The position numbers and the translations under genes are program-made. Under the pieces are notes generated by a model that worked only from the letters and a program-made list of their open reading frames with translations, searched no databases and had not been told where the DNA came from. Positions 62,876 through 64,000 of a stretch of DNA of 64,000 nt are shown here, one piece after another (position 1 is the stretch's first letter; each line of letters starts with the position of its first letter). This stretch comes from a virus (taxonomy: Duplodnaviria; Caudoviricetes): the IMG/VR virus record IMGVR_UViG_3300029288_000153, positions 10,002 through 74,001 of that record. The stretch is one strand, 5' to 3'.

Positions 62876-64000
62876 ATGGCTCGAAACGAAAAAATTATTC
62901 GCCTAGGCAAAGCAATCGAGGATAGTCTAGTCCTTCAGGGGTTGGATGTGGTGGTCTCCTACGACGCCTCCAATGACCTGTATATGACAATCGCTGACTC
63001 GGGGCCCGCCCCCGTAAATGCAATCGTAAAACTAGACAAGATTGCCCAGCTGGGGAACAACCAGACCAACCCCGTCACCGGGATAGCGAATGACGTCTAT
63101 ACCCCACATGTGATCAAGCTTGGCTTTGGTGCCTTGGCGGCGGCGAACGGAACCTATACGATTGGTGATGATCTAATAGCTGGCGATAAGGCGACGATCG
63201 ATAGCAATGACTTTGCGGCCGTTGATAGCGGTGCGGTAGGTGATGAGTGGAATATTATAGGCACCAAGGCAACTGGATCGGCCACCCTTCTGTCTGGTCT
63301 TACCGCTGGCGATGCAGTCGCTGCGGCCAATGTGCTGACTATTAACACGCATGGGTTTACTGCCAAAAACTCAGGTGCGGCCGGCGATGAGTTCGACATT
63401 GTCGGTACCCCAGCGGTCGGCACCGTCCAGGTGGGCGCAGACTTAATTGCCGGCGACAAAGTGACGATTGACGGACATGATTTTGTGTCGATCGATAGCG
63501 GGGCGGCCGGCGATGAATTCAATATTACGGGCACGTACGGTGGAGGCACGGTGGAGCTTTTGGCTGCCCTGACCGCCGGAGACGCCCTGGTGGCCACCAA
63601 TGACGTGATCGTTGGTGGAGTTGCCTTTACTGCCAAGAATAGCGGGGCGGGTGCAAACGAATTTAATCTGGTCGGTACCCCGGCTTCTGAGGATTTGACC
63701 GTTGGAGCAAATCTGACCGCCGGCGATACCGCGATAATCAACGGAGTGACCGTTACGGCGGTAGATAGCGGTGCGGTAGGTGATGAGTTCGACATTGTCG
63801 GCGTACCAGCTGCTAGCACGGTTCAATGCGCTGGGGTAGTAGACACCAACACGGTGCTACTGGGAGGCGTCACGTTAACGGCCACTGTGGCGACCCAAGA
63901 TGCCACGAATTTCATTGTGGGAATTAGCGACACCGAGACGGCAACTAACCTCTGCACTACCATTGCCGCCAACCCCACCTTATCAGCTCTGGTCACCGCC
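62876..64000 (+). CDS. G/A/D/T-rich repetitive virion protein (partial, runs off window end)
   Basis: GGAG RBS, ATG 62876, 375 open codons: MARNEKIIRLGKAIEDS... with at least five LxAGD..(I)xG..F....SGAxGDEFxIxG repeats. Confidence 0.75.
   Translation, partial: MARNEKIIRLGKAIEDSLVLQGLDVVVSYDASNDLYMTIADSGPAPVNAIVKLDKIAQLGNNQTNPVTGIANDVYTPHVIKLGFGALAAANGTYTIGDDLIAGDKATIDSNDFAAVDSGAVGDEWNIIGTKATGSATLLSGLTAGDAVAAANVLTINTHGFTAKNSGAAGDEFDIVGTPAVGTVQVGADLIAGDKVTIDGHDFVSIDSGAAGDEFNITGTYGGGTVELLAALTAGDALVATNDVIVGGVAFTAKNSGAGANEFNLVGTPASEDLTVGANLTAGDTAIINGVTVTAVDSGAVGDEFDIVGVPAASTVQCAGVVDTNTVLLGGVTLTATVATQDATNFIVGISDTETATNLCTTIAANPTLSALVTA

Noticed and set aside
1-64000. Alternative genetic code (TAG or TGA reassigned)
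   Set aside because: Long conserved genes are intact under code 11 and many end sensibly at TAG or TGA. Only isolated in-frame stops (1147, 55318) were seen.
1-64000. tRNA, rRNA or tmRNA genes
   Set aside because: No cloverleaf with a T-loop GTTCRA and acceptor stem was seen by eye; a tRNAscan-SE/Aragorn run would be needed to exclude them fully.
1-64000. Inteins, introns, homing endonucleases, reverse transcriptase/DGR, integrase or transposase
   Set aside because: RNR, helicase, terminase and ligase are of normal length with no splice motifs. No YxDD reverse transcriptase, tyrosine/serine recombinase or DDE motifs were recognised.

Overview
The window is a 64-kb fragment of a large lytic myovirus genome. 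Its size class, host and taxonomy cannot be fixed from the sequence. Positions 1-15.3 kb (minus strand) hold small early genes with their own sigma70 promoters and replication/metabolism genes: DnaE N-terminus, metallophosphoesterase, class II RNR, RuvC, SbcC, adenine MTase, GroEL and an HTH protein. An 84-bp GATC-rich direct repeat (candidate origin) marks the strand switch. The plus strand from 15.6 kb to the end carries an ATPase, helicase, sigma factor, GroES-like protein, SbcD, terminase, portal, MuF, fibre/decoration proteins, prohead protease, neck proteins, tail sheath and tail tube. Two minus-strand accessory islands interrupt this block (43.8-47.6 kb and 52.5-57.2 kb). No major capsid gene, tRNA or CRISPR array was recognised. 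Two candidate novel systems stand out. (1) The prohead protease gene is followed by large virion-type proteins whose enzyme-like modules (ART-like, NUDIX, HExxH peptidase, PI3/4K-HipA-like kinase, LRV repeats, degenerate GGDEF) are separated by a recurring [LIVM]-x-K-[SADE] linker, suggesting protease-matured capsid cargo polyproteins. (2) Six small genes are each separated by a conserved, covarying structured intergenic element (core CGCCTACRGGA), and the array ends in an AcrIII-1 ring nuclease followed by an RNA ligase, suggesting a cassette-like anti-defence island. All family assignments come from motif recognition by eye, not database searches.
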